64,000 nt of DNA from a virus (lineage: Duplodnaviria; Caudoviricetes). Where the stretch lies: IMG/VR virus record IMGVR_UViG_3300031867_000037, positions 10,317 through 74,316 of that record; one strand, given 5' to 3'. The notes beneath the pieces are model-generated. The model made no database searches and was not told the origin of the DNA. It was given only the letters and a program-made list of their open reading frames with translations. Below are positions 24,443-34,511 of this stretch, piece after piece. Position 1 is the first letter of the stretch. Every line of letters starts with the position of its first letter. The position numbers were made by a program, and so were the translations under genes.

Positions 24443-24926
24443 TAAAGATGAAGTCATTAGACTAGGACATAGAAGAGGTAAAAGCGGTCGTAAAATCACG
24501 GAAGATACTCCTCTTAATCCTGTCGAGCAAAGATTTTTACAAGAGTATTTAAAGACAGGAAATATTGGAGAAGCAATGCAACGGGCTGATAAAATTGAAC
24601 GGTGTAGTAGAAACGCCTATAAAAAAATGGGTGAAAAGATTCTTAAACAGCCTAATGTTAAAAAGGAGTTAGATAGAATTATGGAAGAAGTAAGAAAAGA
24701 TACAATTGCAACTGCGGATGAAGTTATGCAATATTTTACTAATGTTATGCGAGGCGAAGTAAAAGACCAGTTTGGACTTGATGCGCCACTTACTGAAAGA
24801 ACAAGAGCGGCACAGGAAATTGCAAGACGAACGATTGATATTGATATTAAAAAGAATCTTATGCAAGAGGTTGATGATAAACCTATTCAGATTACCCTTA
24901 ATTGGGCTAGAAATGACAATTCCTAA
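24411..24926 (+). CDS. terS: terminase small subunit
   Basis: EQRFLQEYLKTGN...A, LKQPNVKKE.DR, IATADEVMQYFTNVMRGE. Confidence 0.85.
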   Translation: MVTRKIQKRYDKDEVIRLGHRRGKSGRKITEDTPLNPVEQRFLQEYLKTGNIGEAMQRADKIERCSRNAYKKMGEKILKQPNVKKELDRIMEEVRKDTIATADEVMQYFTNVMRGEVKDQFGLDAPLTERTRAAQEIARRTIDIDIKKNLMQEVDDKPIQITLNWARNDNS

Positions 24927-24947
24927 CTTCATTGTTTTTCCTCCTTC

Positions 24948-24995
24948 CTTAAAGACGAGTGTATTTTTTATATACTCGTCTTTATTTTTATTTTT
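24948..24995 (+). terminator. terminator-like hairpin, followed by an extended -10 (TGTGCTATACT)
   Basis: AAAGACGAGT...ACTCGTCTTT then T-rich run. Confidence 0.55.
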
Positions 24996-25041
24996 TATTG
25001 TGCTATACTGAAAAATAATAAGCGGAAAGGAGGTAAAAAAC

Positions 25042-25329
25042 TTGGTGTCTAACTATATGCCGATACTTATATCTATCGCTTCTTTACTATTCGCCATGTA
25101 TACATATGGCGCAAAACACAACACAGAAAGCACAACCGAAATGACTACCGTAATTGTCAAGTTAGAAAACATTGGCAAAGGCGTTAGTGATATAAAATCA
25201 GAAATTGCGTCATTAAAAGATGACCAGAAAGATGACCATGATAGACTTATTAAGGCAGAAACATCTTTAGCAAGCGCATGGAAACGTATTAATGAAATAT
25301 CTGCAAAAGTAGAAGGGAGTAATGTATGA
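25042..25329 (+). CDS. lysis-associated membrane protein (one TM helix + coiled coil)
   Basis: N-terminal TM, coiled C-terminus; first gene of the lysis cassette. Confidence 0.65.
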   Translation: MVSNYMPILISIASLLFAMYTYGAKHNTESTTEMTTVIVKLENIGKGVSDIKSEIASLKDDQKDDHDRLIKAETSLASAWKRINEISAKVEGSNV

Positions 25330-25565
25330 CTAAGCAGGATATTATTCGTAAATTAACAAGCAGAAAATTATGGCTCAGTATCGCAAATTTTACAACTATG
25401 GTTCTTATCTATCACGGCGTTGCACAATCTGATGCTGAAAGAGTTGCGGCTATTATTATGGCGGGCGCTTCTGTATTAGGATATGTATTTGCAGAAGGCT
25501 TAACAGATGCAAAAAACGTGGAATATGGCGTTGTAGATTTATTTGACGAGGACAGTAATGAATAA
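25326..25565 (+). CDS. holin
   Basis: RKLTSRKLW, two TM helices, GYVFAEGLTDA. Confidence 0.85.
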   Translation: MTKQDIIRKLTSRKLWLSIANFTTMVLIYHGVAQSDAERVAAIIMAGASVLGYVFAEGLTDAKNVEYGVVDLFDEDSNE

Positions 25566-27258
25566 CTATAATAAAACTGTATTAGGTAAGATAATTACTG
25601 CGGTTGAATCTGGTGGACAGAAATATGGGCAGGGTGACTGGGGAAACGTCACCCTTCCCTATACTAATAGTGATAAAGAACATACGGTCACACTCGGTGC
25701 CTATCAATTTGGTGGCGGTAGTAATGAAGGCAGAGACTTACTAAAGCTAATTTTAGCTGATTATCCGAGTACTTTTAAATCACACGATAACTGCGGCTTA
25801 GAAGAAACTCTCACAATAGATTGGTATGGTACACACTTTAGACCTACGGATAACCAAATTATCGCTATTCGAAAGATTATCAGTACAGAACAGGGTGTCT
25901 TATCACAGACAAAAATGTATGCGGAAGTACAGCTTCCTAAGTATCTGAAAAGAGCGAAAGAGTACGGTATTCCAGAATCTAATATACAAGCTACTATGAT
26001 GTGGGTTGAAATTGAACATCTCGGCGGATTAAACCCGACAAAGCGAGTGTTCGATAGATGCAATGGCATATATACGTTAGACAGCATAATGGATGCATTA
26101 AAAGTAGACCAAACTATTGCTCAATACAAAGCTAATGGCGTTGGTGCAGTAAAATATTGGTCTAGACACGTAGCTTGTAGAAAATTTATTGAGCAATACG
26201 CTCAGGAGGAAGATAAAATGGCGAGTGCTTTATCAAGAGCAAAAACATTATTACGACAGCCGCAAGGCGATACAATGACAGGATTTACTCCAGATGGAGC
26301 ATATTATTTCAAAAAAGCAAATCAGTATTACACAACTCCCAAAAAGGGAGATATTATTTACTTCTATTCCGAATCAAAGGGTAGAATCGGACATACTGGT
26401 ATTGTTACAAATGTTGATTTAGTAAATAAGTTAGCGTATACCGTAGAAGGCAATACAAGTTCTACAGAATACGCTGAAAACGGCGGCTGTGTTGCTAGAC
26501 ATGTATATAGTTTCGCAAAGATTGGCGGATTAAATCGTGTAAACGGATTTGGCAGACCTAACTTTGCGGCGGCGGGAATTACTGCTGACCAATTTGTTGA
26601 AACGGCACTTTCTTATTTAGGCTATCTCGAAAAGCGGTCTAATGCTTATCTCGATAGTAAAACAGCTAATGCAGGCAGTGGTAATTATCAAAGATTCCAA
26701 CGAGATGTTGGTGCAGGTAATGGCGACCAGTGGTGCCAGTATTATGTTGATGCAATAGCATTATATACATGCCAAACTTACTATATTGCATATGAGATTC
26801 CGCAGTCCAATGATGCTTGCCATATTAATGTGGCACAAGGACAAAAGTGGTTAAATGAGAACTTTGGTGGAATTCTCAAACAGTATTGTGGTGCATTACT
26901 TGTTGTAGATGGAGACTTTGGTCCAAAAACAAAAAAGGCTGTGGTTGCTGTTTGGAAGTATTCTATGAATCAACTTGTCGATTCAGACTTAACTCCAGAT
27001 AATGAGAACTTTGGAGATAAGTGTAAAGAATACGCCAACTATGCGTTAGTAGGCTATGGAACAAGCGGAGTATTTACTTATCTGTGTCAGCTTTTATTAG
27101 CCGCACACGGTTGGTATACAGATAAGATGGATGGTGAAGCCGGTAATAATACTGTCAACGCAATTAAATTGTTCCAGAAGTCTATTGAGAAAGAAGTAGA
27201 CGGATGTTGTGGACCTGATACGTGGTTTAACTTATTTAACGAGGCATTTATTTATTAA
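25558..27258 (+). CDS. multi-domain endolysin: N-terminal lysozyme-like domain, circularly permuted CHAP, two PG-binding repeats
   Basis: HTGIV/TVEGNTS/GFGRP precede GYLEK/ANAG/DQWCQ; DGDFGPKT and DGCCGPDTW repeats. Confidence 0.85.
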   Translation: MNNYNKTVLGKIITAVESGGQKYGQGDWGNVTLPYTNSDKEHTVTLGAYQFGGGSNEGRDLLKLILADYPSTFKSHDNCGLEETLTIDWYGTHFRPTDNQIIAIRKIISTEQGVLSQTKMYAEVQLPKYLKRAKEYGIPESNIQATMMWVEIEHLGGLNPTKRVFDRCNGIYTLDSIMDALKVDQTIAQYKANGVGAVKYWSRHVACRKFIEQYAQEEDKMASALSRAKTLLRQPQGDTMTGFTPDGAYYFKKANQYYTTPKKGDIIYFYSESKGRIGHTGIVTNVDLVNKLAYTVEGNTSSTEYAENGGCVARHVYSFAKIGGLNRVNGFGRPNFAAAGITADQFVETALSYLGYLEKRSNAYLDSKTANAGSGNYQRFQRDVGAGNGDQWCQYYVDAIALYTCQTYYIAYEIPQSNDACHINVAQGQKWLNENFGGILKQYCGALLVVDGDFGPKTKKAVVAVWKYSMNQLVDSDLTPDNENFGDKCKEYANYALVGYGTSGVFTYLCQLLLAAHGWYTDKMDGEAGNNTVNAIKLFQKSIEKEVDGCCGPDTWFNLFNEAFIY

Positions 27259-27261
27259 AAT

Positions 27262-28578
27262 ATGAGTGAGCAGGATATTAATATAAATTTAAGCGATTGT
27301 ATCATACCAATGTATGATGATTTATTAAATGATATATTACTCCATAAGCACACACACTATGTTATGGCTGGCGGACGAGGAAGTACAAAATCCTCGTTCG
27401 TTGGCATAGCAATTCCACTTATATTAATACAGAATCCGAAAGTACATGCGGCTTGTTTTAGAAAAGTCGGCAATACAATTCAAAATAGTATATACGCCCA
27501 GTTATGTTGGGGAATATCCCAACTTGGACTGGATACACTATTTCGTATTCCTAAAACATACGCTACCCCTATAACATATCTTCCAACTGGTCAGCAGATT
27601 TTCTTTTTGGGCTTAGATGACCCAATGAAAATCAAATCTATCAAACCGAAGTTTGGTTATATAGGTGTAACGTGGTTCGAGGAATTAGACCAATACGCAG
27701 GTCAACGAGAGTTAAGAACCGTTACTCAGTCTACAATGCGTGGCGGTGACGATTTCTGGGACTTTAGAACATTCAACCCGCCCATAAGTAAAAATAACTG
27801 GGCAAATGAATATGCCGAAGAGTGTGAAATATACAGACAGAATAACACACTTGTAACTAGGAATACTTATTTAGATGTTCCAGAGCAATGGCTTGGACAG
27901 CAGTTCATTGAAGAAGCAGAAGATTTAAAATTAGTAAATCCTAGAGCATATCAACATGAGTATTTAGGTGAAGCTATTGGTACTGGCGGTGATGTATTTC
28001 CAAATGTTGAAGATTTGGATATGGAACAGCTTGTCGATAGATACGATGCTTACGGTAATGTAATAGAATCTAAGCCTATGTGGCAGACTTTTGACAAGAT
28101 ATATAACGGACTTGACTGGGGTTTTGCAAGAGACCCATTTCATTATGTACGTTGTTATTTTGATAAACGCTATTTAGATTTATACATTTTTGATGAATAC
28201 AGAACAATGCATTGCCGTAATAAAACGGTATTTGATGCATTGTACAAAGAAGAAAAGAAATTATCTACGGAAGAATTATTAATAGCAGATAGTGCGGAGC
28301 CAAAATCTATTATGGACTTTAAATCATATGGTGCATTTATTCGAGGAGCAGAAAAAGGACCCGAAAGTGTACGATACGGAATAAAGTGGTTACAGGGTTT
28401 AAATCATATTTATATTGATAAACGTAGGTGTCCATACACATTTAAAGAATTTGTACAGTATGAGTATGAAAAAGATAGGGACGGCAACTTCATTTCTGCT
28501 TATCCAGATAAAGATAATCATAGTATTGACGCAACCCGCTATGCTATGGAGAAGTATGCGAATAGGAGAGGAAACTAA
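27262..28578 (+). CDS. terL: terminase large subunit (PBSX family)
   Basis: GGRGSTKSS, WFEELDQ, TFNPP, GLDWGFARDP, ADSAEP, DNHSIDATRY. Confidence 0.95.
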   Translation: MSEQDININLSDCIIPMYDDLLNDILLHKHTHYVMAGGRGSTKSSFVGIAIPLILIQNPKVHAACFRKVGNTIQNSIYAQLCWGISQLGLDTLFRIPKTYATPITYLPTGQQIFFLGLDDPMKIKSIKPKFGYIGVTWFEELDQYAGQRELRTVTQSTMRGGDDFWDFRTFNPPISKNNWANEYAEECEIYRQNNTLVTRNTYLDVPEQWLGQQFIEEAEDLKLVNPRAYQHEYLGEAIGTGGDVFPNVEDLDMEQLVDRYDAYGNVIESKPMWQTFDKIYNGLDWGFARDPFHYVRCYFDKRYLDLYIFDEYRTMHCRNKTVFDALYKEEKKLSTEELLIADSAEPKSIMDFKSYGAFIRGAEKGPESVRYGIKWLQGLNHIYIDKRRCPYTFKEFVQYEYEKDRDGNFISAYPDKDNHSIDATRYAMEKYANRRGN

Positions 28579-29225
28579 TGTCAAGATGGCAAAACCTAGA
28601 CATTATAAACTTTGAAGGTGTCGGAAAGTATAATATTCCAGAACTTGCGCCCACAACAGAGTGTAATGCAAAAGACTGGATGCGATTTAGCGCATGTTTA
28701 ACGGATAGACGAATTTCAAGAAAAAAGGAACAAACCGGTGTACATTTCTTTTTATACGATGGTGAATTTGAAAGATGTTGGAGTAATCCTACTAGATATG
28801 GAGATATGTTATTAGCATATAATTGTGTGCTATCACCAGATTTTAGTCTTTATACATCTTTCCCAAAGGCTGTTCAAATATGGAATCATTACAGAAAACA
28901 GTGGCTCGCTAAATATTGGCAAGAAGATTTGGGATTAACAGTAATTCCAACTGTAACCTGGGGTGATGAAAGTAGTTATGAATTCTGCTTTGATGGACAA
29001 CCAAAACATAGTATAGTAGCTGTGTCAAATATTGGCTGTTGCAAAAACGAAGAAGTGCATAAATTATTCTTACAAGGTTATAATGAGATGTTAAAACGAT
29101 TAGAGCCAGAATTAATACTTGTATACACTAGACGAATATGCGATTATCCTGGCAATGTTAAATATATTCATTATACACCATTTAAAAACGAAACTTGTGA
29201 ATTTAATGAGGAGGAAGACGCATAA
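28578..29225 (+). CDS. DUF4417 domain protein, copy 1
   Basis: GVHFFLYD..FER.W, LSPDFSLY, WN.YR, VIPTVTWG. Confidence 0.85.
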   Translation: MSRWQNLDIINFEGVGKYNIPELAPTTECNAKDWMRFSACLTDRRISRKKEQTGVHFFLYDGEFERCWSNPTRYGDMLLAYNCVLSPDFSLYTSFPKAVQIWNHYRKQWLAKYWQEDLGLTVIPTVTWGDESSYEFCFDGQPKHSIVAVSNIGCCKNEEVHKLFLQGYNEMLKRLEPELILVYTRRICDYPGNVKYIHYTPFKNETCEFNEEEDA

Positions 29226-29740
29226 TGGGCGGCGGCGGTAACTCAGGTGCAAAGGCACTCGGCCTAGCAAGGGTCGGCGACAGGCCAAAACGACAAAGTT
29301 CAAGCGGCATAAAATTTGCCCGAGAATTATTTGAAAAAAATGATGGAACATTTCTCAGGTCGTTAAAAACACGATTATTAGTTGACATTGATAATTTCAC
29401 TAAAACTGGAAAGGTGTCAGCCAATACAGTATCTTATCGTATTATTTATCAAAATGGTGTTGAAGTAAGCGTTAGGTATAAAGACGGTAAAGAAATAATA
29501 CGAGACCCAAGAGACCCAAGTAAACACTATAAAAGTTTTCGATTAAATAGAATTGCCTATATATCAAGAGCAGATGGAAATCAAAATTTTTCAGATTCAT
29601 TAGGATTTTTTTCATCATCACAAGACAAACGAATAAAGAGTATATTTTCAAGCGATAGTAGGTTTAAAAGTTACAGTAACGAAGTGAAAAAACTTTTTAC
29701 GCCAAAGCGCAAAAAGAAATCTACTCGTAAGAAAAAATAA
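29225..29740 (+). CDS. basic hypothetical protein (MGGGG start)
   Basis: TAATG coupling to DUF4417 copy 1. Confidence 0.7.
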   Translation: MGGGGNSGAKALGLARVGDRPKRQSSSGIKFARELFEKNDGTFLRSLKTRLLVDIDNFTKTGKVSANTVSYRIIYQNGVEVSVRYKDGKEIIRDPRDPSKHYKSFRLNRIAYISRADGNQNFSDSLGFFSSSQDKRIKSIFSSDSRFKSYSNEVKKLFTPKRKKKSTRKKK

Positions 29741-29750
29741 TGTATGGAGA

Positions 29751-30407
29751 GTGTGGATGCATTACGATAGAGGAAAACAGCAAACAAGAATTTTAGAGCA
29801 GAATATTCATAATCTTGTATATGCCCATTTTGATGGTGAAGGCGAATATGATATGCCAATACTTGACCCAGTTCATATAGATGATTTAGAAAGTATTCCG
29901 TTACAAGGATTTAATTATGCGTTGAAAGAAAAACATCCAGAAAATATAGGCGTTCACTTCTTTTTACATGATTATCAGTTTGAACGAGTATGGAAATATC
30001 CGGACAGATATACTGAGTGTTTATCTAAATTTGCATTTGTACTCTCTCCAGATTTTTCTCCTTATGCAGATACACCAAAAGCTATAAAAGTTTTCAATGT
30101 TTATAGAAAAATGTGGTGTGGCAGATATTGGCAAAAACACGGCATGAAAGTAATTCCAACTATTACGTGGGGAAATGATGAAGATTTAGCGTGGTGTCTT
30201 GACGGAGTACCGAAATACAGTACAATAGCAATATCAACTATGGGAGAAGGCAGATGGGCAAATTTTAAAGCACTGAAACATAATTGGGAATATATCATGG
30301 ATAAATTAGAGCCAGAAACAATTTTACTTTATGGCAAAGATTTATCGAATGAACTAAGCGGTAATATTGTATTTAAAAAATTAATTAATTCTAAGGTGGC
30401 TATATAA
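29751..30407 (+). CDS. DUF4417 domain protein, copy 2
   Basis: GVHFFLHDYQFERVW, LSPDFSPY, VIPTITWG. Confidence 0.88.
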   Translation: MWMHYDRGKQQTRILEQNIHNLVYAHFDGEGEYDMPILDPVHIDDLESIPLQGFNYALKEKHPENIGVHFFLHDYQFERVWKYPDRYTECLSKFAFVLSPDFSPYADTPKAIKVFNVYRKMWCGRYWQKHGMKVIPTITWGNDEDLAWCLDGVPKYSTIAISTMGEGRWANFKALKHNWEYIMDKLEPETILLYGKDLSNELSGNIVFKKLINSKVAI

Positions 30408-30694
30408 TGGGCAATTACATATATTATTGGGATAGTGCTAATAAAAAGAAAAGATACGGCGGTAAACGTGGGGCAATGACAAGTGAGTTCAGCGATAAAG
30501 ATGCAGGAACAAAACGTACAATGAAACGTGAAACCGCAGGAACAAAACGAGAATTTAAAGGTTCTAAATCCAACGAGTACACGTTCTACTCACCGTCAAA
30601 AGGCACTCTTGTTGTTACGGCTACTTCTTTTGAGGAAGCGTGGAGACGAGCAAAAGCACTTGGATATAGTAGGAGAAATTATAGGAGTAAATAA
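30407..30694 (+). CDS. small basic hypothetical protein
   Basis: TAATG coupling to DUF4417 copy 2. Confidence 0.65.
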   Translation: MGNYIYYWDSANKKKRYGGKRGAMTSEFSDKDAGTKRTMKRETAGTKREFKGSKSNEYTFYSPSKGTLVVTATSFEEAWRRAKALGYSRRNYRSK

Positions 30695-30697
30695 ACT

Positions 30698-32392
30698 ATG
30701 TCAATTTGGAATAGCATAGTATCAAAACTAAGGGAGTTAATTACGAGCATGATTGGAAGTAAAACAATCCAAAGAGAATTAAATGTATCATATGCAATAT
30801 CTCCAAAAATGGAGAAAGCAATACAGATGTGGTCCGTTATGTACGCAGATGAAGCACCGTGGTTACACGAACCTGATGATAACGACCCGACAAATATTGT
30901 ATCTTTAGGACTTCCGGCACTAATCGCAAGTGAAAAAGCTAGAACAGCTTTATTAGAACTTGAATCGGAAATTACTGTTCCTACAGAACAAGTTGAAATT
31001 GATAATCCCGATTATCCAGGCGAAACAAAATATATACGTACACCTGATGGCAGGTCTGTCGCAGTTCCTTCAATGATGCCACCACAAAAAATAATGGAAG
31101 ATAGACCAACTGGAGATTCTTCTAGAGCTGAATATCTTGAAAGTCAGTATAAAAAGCTAAAGAAGCAGATACGGAAACAGATAGAGTACGGTATTGCAAA
31201 AGGTGGATTAGTGATAAAGCCATATGTTGTTGCCAATCAAAGCACAACGGCTGATGGCGTTGATTCTGATTTAACTCCAAGTCTTGAAATAGAATTCGAT
31301 TTTGTACAGGCAGACGCATTTTATCCATTAACATTTGATGCTTCTGGTAAAATAACTGAGGCAGCTTTTGTACAATCTAAAGTAGAAAAGAATGTAGTTT
31401 ACCGCAAATTAGAGTATCACAAATGGGAAAATAACGTAGTAACGGTTATCAACAAAGCATATAAATCTAATAACTTACGTGCAAATACAGATTTGAATAA
31501 TACTGATTTAGGCGAAGAAATTTCTCTGCAAGAAGTTCCAGAGTGGAAAAATCTTGACGAAAAAGCCACAATTAAAAATGTTACTCAGCCGTTATTTGCA
31601 TACTTTAAAATGCCAGAAGCTAATACGATTGATACAACAAGTCCATTAGGAGTATCTGGATTTAGTAGGGCAGTAAATCTTATTCGTGATGCCGATATTC
31701 AATATAGTAGATTACTTTGGGAATATGAAGGCGGCGAACTTGCGATCGATATTGACCGAGATGCTTTAAGAACTGATGAAGACGGCAATGGAAATGAGCA
31801 TACTAGACCAAATCAATTACAACGTAGACTGTTTAGAAAAGTAGACTTAGGGTCTAGTTCAGACACGTATCAGCCGTTCGCACCTTCATTACGTGATAAT
31901 CACTATATAGACGGTCTCAATACTATTCTTATGAGAATAGAAGATGTTTGTGGCATCAGTAGAGGTACATTATCCGATAGTGCAGATGTGGCAAGAACTG
32001 CAACAGAATTAAGAATTTTAAAACAGCGGAGTTATCAAACCAACGCAGATATTCAAAGTGCCATTGAAGATACATTAAGGGATGTAATTTATATTATGGA
32101 TGTATATGCGACACTATATGAGATTACACCTGATGGCGAATATGATGTAAGTTTTGAGTGGGATGATTCTATTCTTGTTGACGTTGATGCCGAATTAACG
32201 AACCGTATTACGCTTCAAAGCAATAGACTTACTTCCAGAGTTGAGACTAGAATGTGGTATTTTGGTGAGACTGAAAGACAGGCTAGAGAGGCGCTTGCTC
32301 AAATTGATGCAGAAGAAGCCGAAGCTATGGAAAAAGAACTTGCATTGCAAGCTAATCAACAATTTAACGATATGGAAGACAGTGAGGAATAA
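30698..32392 (+). CDS. portal protein (A118/SPP1-like)
   Basis: position and size; LEYHKW, LGVSGFSRA, ARTATE, VSFEWDDS. Confidence 0.88.
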   Translation: MSIWNSIVSKLRELITSMIGSKTIQRELNVSYAISPKMEKAIQMWSVMYADEAPWLHEPDDNDPTNIVSLGLPALIASEKARTALLELESEITVPTEQVEIDNPDYPGETKYIRTPDGRSVAVPSMMPPQKIMEDRPTGDSSRAEYLESQYKKLKKQIRKQIEYGIAKGGLVIKPYVVANQSTTADGVDSDLTPSLEIEFDFVQADAFYPLTFDASGKITEAAFVQSKVEKNVVYRKLEYHKWENNVVTVINKAYKSNNLRANTDLNNTDLGEEISLQEVPEWKNLDEKATIKNVTQPLFAYFKMPEANTIDTTSPLGVSGFSRAVNLIRDADIQYSRLLWEYEGGELAIDIDRDALRTDEDGNGNEHTRPNQLQRRLFRKVDLGSSSDTYQPFAPSLRDNHYIDGLNTILMRIEDVCGISRGTLSDSADVARTATELRILKQRSYQTNADIQSAIEDTLRDVIYIMDVYATLYEITPDGEYDVSFEWDDSILVDVDAELTNRITLQSNRLTSRVETRMWYFGETERQAREALAQIDAEEAEAMEKELALQANQQFNDMEDSEE

Positions 32393-32394
32393 TC

Positions 32395-33603
32395 ATGTTA
32401 AGTGATAACGCCATTGACAATCTTGTACAACCTATTGTAGACAGACAAGAATCTATCAATATGTACGTTATCCTAAAAATGGCTGATAGATTAAAAGCTG
32501 TGCGAGAACTTTCCAGACGAGATGTAGAAAAATTACGAACTTTAGCAGTAACGGGCGCAGATGTACGTGAAATCAATAAAGAACTTGCCAAACAATCTGG
32601 TTTACAAGAACGGGATATTAAGAACTTAATAAAAACTGTCGGTGCAGATACCTATAAAGACACAAAACCATTTTATGATTACAGGCATAAATCTTATATA
32701 CCGTTTGAGAAGAACAGAAAAATGCAACGTATAGTATCTGGAATTGCAAACCAAACTAGAGATACTTACAAAAATATTTCCAATTCATCTGCCACAGGAT
32801 TTGTTATACGTGATAGAGATAATCCTCTTAGAACGCATTTTTATAAAATAGAGGATACCTATAGAAAAATTATTGATGAAGCTATACAGGCGTCCTTAAC
32901 GGGATTAGTAAGTTCTGATACCGCTATTAACTGGGCAATAAAACAATTACTTAATAGCGGTATCAGACGAATTTCTTGGGATAGCGGTTATACACAGCGA
33001 TTAGACACAGCAGTAAGAAGAAACGTATTGGAAGGCGTTAAGTTAGTCAAACAAGCAATAAATGACGAAGCTGGAAAGGATTTTGACGCAGATGGAAAAG
33101 AACTAAGCGCACACATGAATTCCGCACCAGACCATGAACCGTTTCAAGGACATATTTTTACAAATGCTGAGTGGAATAAAATACAAACATGCAATGACTT
33201 TGAAGACATTAACGGCCAAAAATTTTCTGGCGTAGATAGAATTATAGGCGTTTGGAATTGTAAACACGTTGCTACTTCAATCGTTATAGCAAAGCATAAA
33301 CCCAAATATACTCCAGAACAGTTACAAAAGTTTATAGACGATAACGCAGAAGGCTATACTGCACCGGACGGTAAACACATGACACTGTATCAATGCACAC
33401 AGAAACAAAGACGCATGGAAACTAGAATACGATATGCAAAAGAAGAACAGATGGCAATGAAAGAATTAGGAAATAAAACAGGTAAAATACTTGCACGGCA
33501 AAAAGTTATACAGTTTACAAACGATTATAAAGCATTTAGTAAAGCATGTGGATTACCAACGAAGATGAAACGCTGTGGCGTATCTGGGTATACCGCATAC
33601 TAA
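32395..33603 (+). CDS. minor capsid protein (Phage_min_cap2-like)
   Basis: LDTAVRRNV, SAH..SAPDHEPFQG, WNCKH, QKQRRMETRIR. Confidence 0.85.
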   Translation: MLSDNAIDNLVQPIVDRQESINMYVILKMADRLKAVRELSRRDVEKLRTLAVTGADVREINKELAKQSGLQERDIKNLIKTVGADTYKDTKPFYDYRHKSYIPFEKNRKMQRIVSGIANQTRDTYKNISNSSATGFVIRDRDNPLRTHFYKIEDTYRKIIDEAIQASLTGLVSSDTAINWAIKQLLNSGIRRISWDSGYTQRLDTAVRRNVLEGVKLVKQAINDEAGKDFDADGKELSAHMNSAPDHEPFQGHIFTNAEWNKIQTCNDFEDINGQKFSGVDRIIGVWNCKHVATSIVIAKHKPKYTPEQLQKFIDDNAEGYTAPDGKHMTLYQCTQKQRRMETRIRYAKEEQMAMKELGNKTGKILARQKVIQFTNDYKAFSKACGLPTKMKRCGVSGYTAY

Positions 33604-33633
33604 AAATACGTATATACGTATATAAAATTCGTG

Positions 33634-33662
33634 TTTACAAAGTGGAATAAATGTTTTATAAT
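33634..33662 (+). promoter_or_regulatory. promoter of the head genes
   Basis: TTTACA-N17-TATAAT. Confidence 0.75.
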
Positions 33663-33667
33663 ACTAT

Positions 33668-33855
33668 TGGGTTGATGCTTGTTTGTCATTGGTTCTTCTT
33701 TCGTGATGGTTGAGTGCTAGGACATTTGTTCTGCACTCAACTTTCAAGCATTTGCCCGTTGCGAATGACAACATTTAAAAACATTCACATTCTACCGCCA
33801 AACTGCCCGGCGGACATATAAGTTTGCAGACATAAAGAAGAATGTAAAAGGAGCT
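33668..33855 (+). promoter_or_regulatory. structured 5' leader of the scaffold/capsid mRNA
   Basis: GTTGAGTGC/GCACTCAAC and ATGCTTG/CAAGCAT stems; TGTCATT/AATGACA and CCGCC/GGCGG + CAAAC/GTTTG pseudoknot-type pairings. Confidence 0.5.
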
Positions 33856-33859
33856 ATGT

Positions 33860-34498
33860 ATGACAGTAAAGGAAATCTTTGACAAAGCGCAGGATGGAAC
33901 ACTCACATGGGAGCAGTTTCAAACTGCAATGGGCGACTCAAAATTTGTGGACTTGACAGAAGGTAATTATGTATCTAAACAGAAATATGATGATGAAATT
34001 TCTCAAAGGGATACACGCATTACAGAACTTACAACAACAATTTCCGCAAGAGACACCGATTTAGCAACCCTACAACAGACACTAAAGGATGCTGGTGATG
34101 TTGAGGCTTTAAAGAAAGCGTCCGCTGATTTAGCAGAGTTACAGCAGAGATACGACAAAGAAACAAAGGACTATCAGAAACAGCTTACAAAACAGGCGTA
34201 TGAATTTGCAGTAAAAGAATTTGCCAATACTAAGACATTTTCTAGCAATGCCGCAAAAAGAGATTTTACGAACGCTTTACTTGCAAAGAATCTTAATCTG
34301 GAAGACGGTAGAATTATTGGAGCAGAAGATTTTGTACAGATTTATACAAAAGATAATGCAGACGCATTTGTTACTCCGAAAACTGAACCGAAACCACAAT
34401 TTGTAAGCGGTCCTGGTAAGAAAGAATCTGCTAAATTAACATTAACAGAAATGATGCAATTAAAAAATAACGACCCTAATGCAGTTATTGATTTTTAA
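33860..34498 (+). CDS. capsid scaffolding protein (GP20-like)
   Basis: EGNYVSKQKYD, coiled coil, position before the major capsid gene. Confidence 0.85.
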   Translation: MTVKEIFDKAQDGTLTWEQFQTAMGDSKFVDLTEGNYVSKQKYDDEISQRDTRITELTTTISARDTDLATLQQTLKDAGDVEALKKASADLAELQQRYDKETKDYQKQLTKQAYEFAVKEFANTKTFSSNAAKRDFTNALLAKNLNLEDGRIIGAEDFVQIYTKDNADAFVTPKTEPKPQFVSGPGKKESAKLTLTEMMQLKNNDPNAVIDF

Positions 34499-34511
34499 CG
34501 GAGGTTAAATT

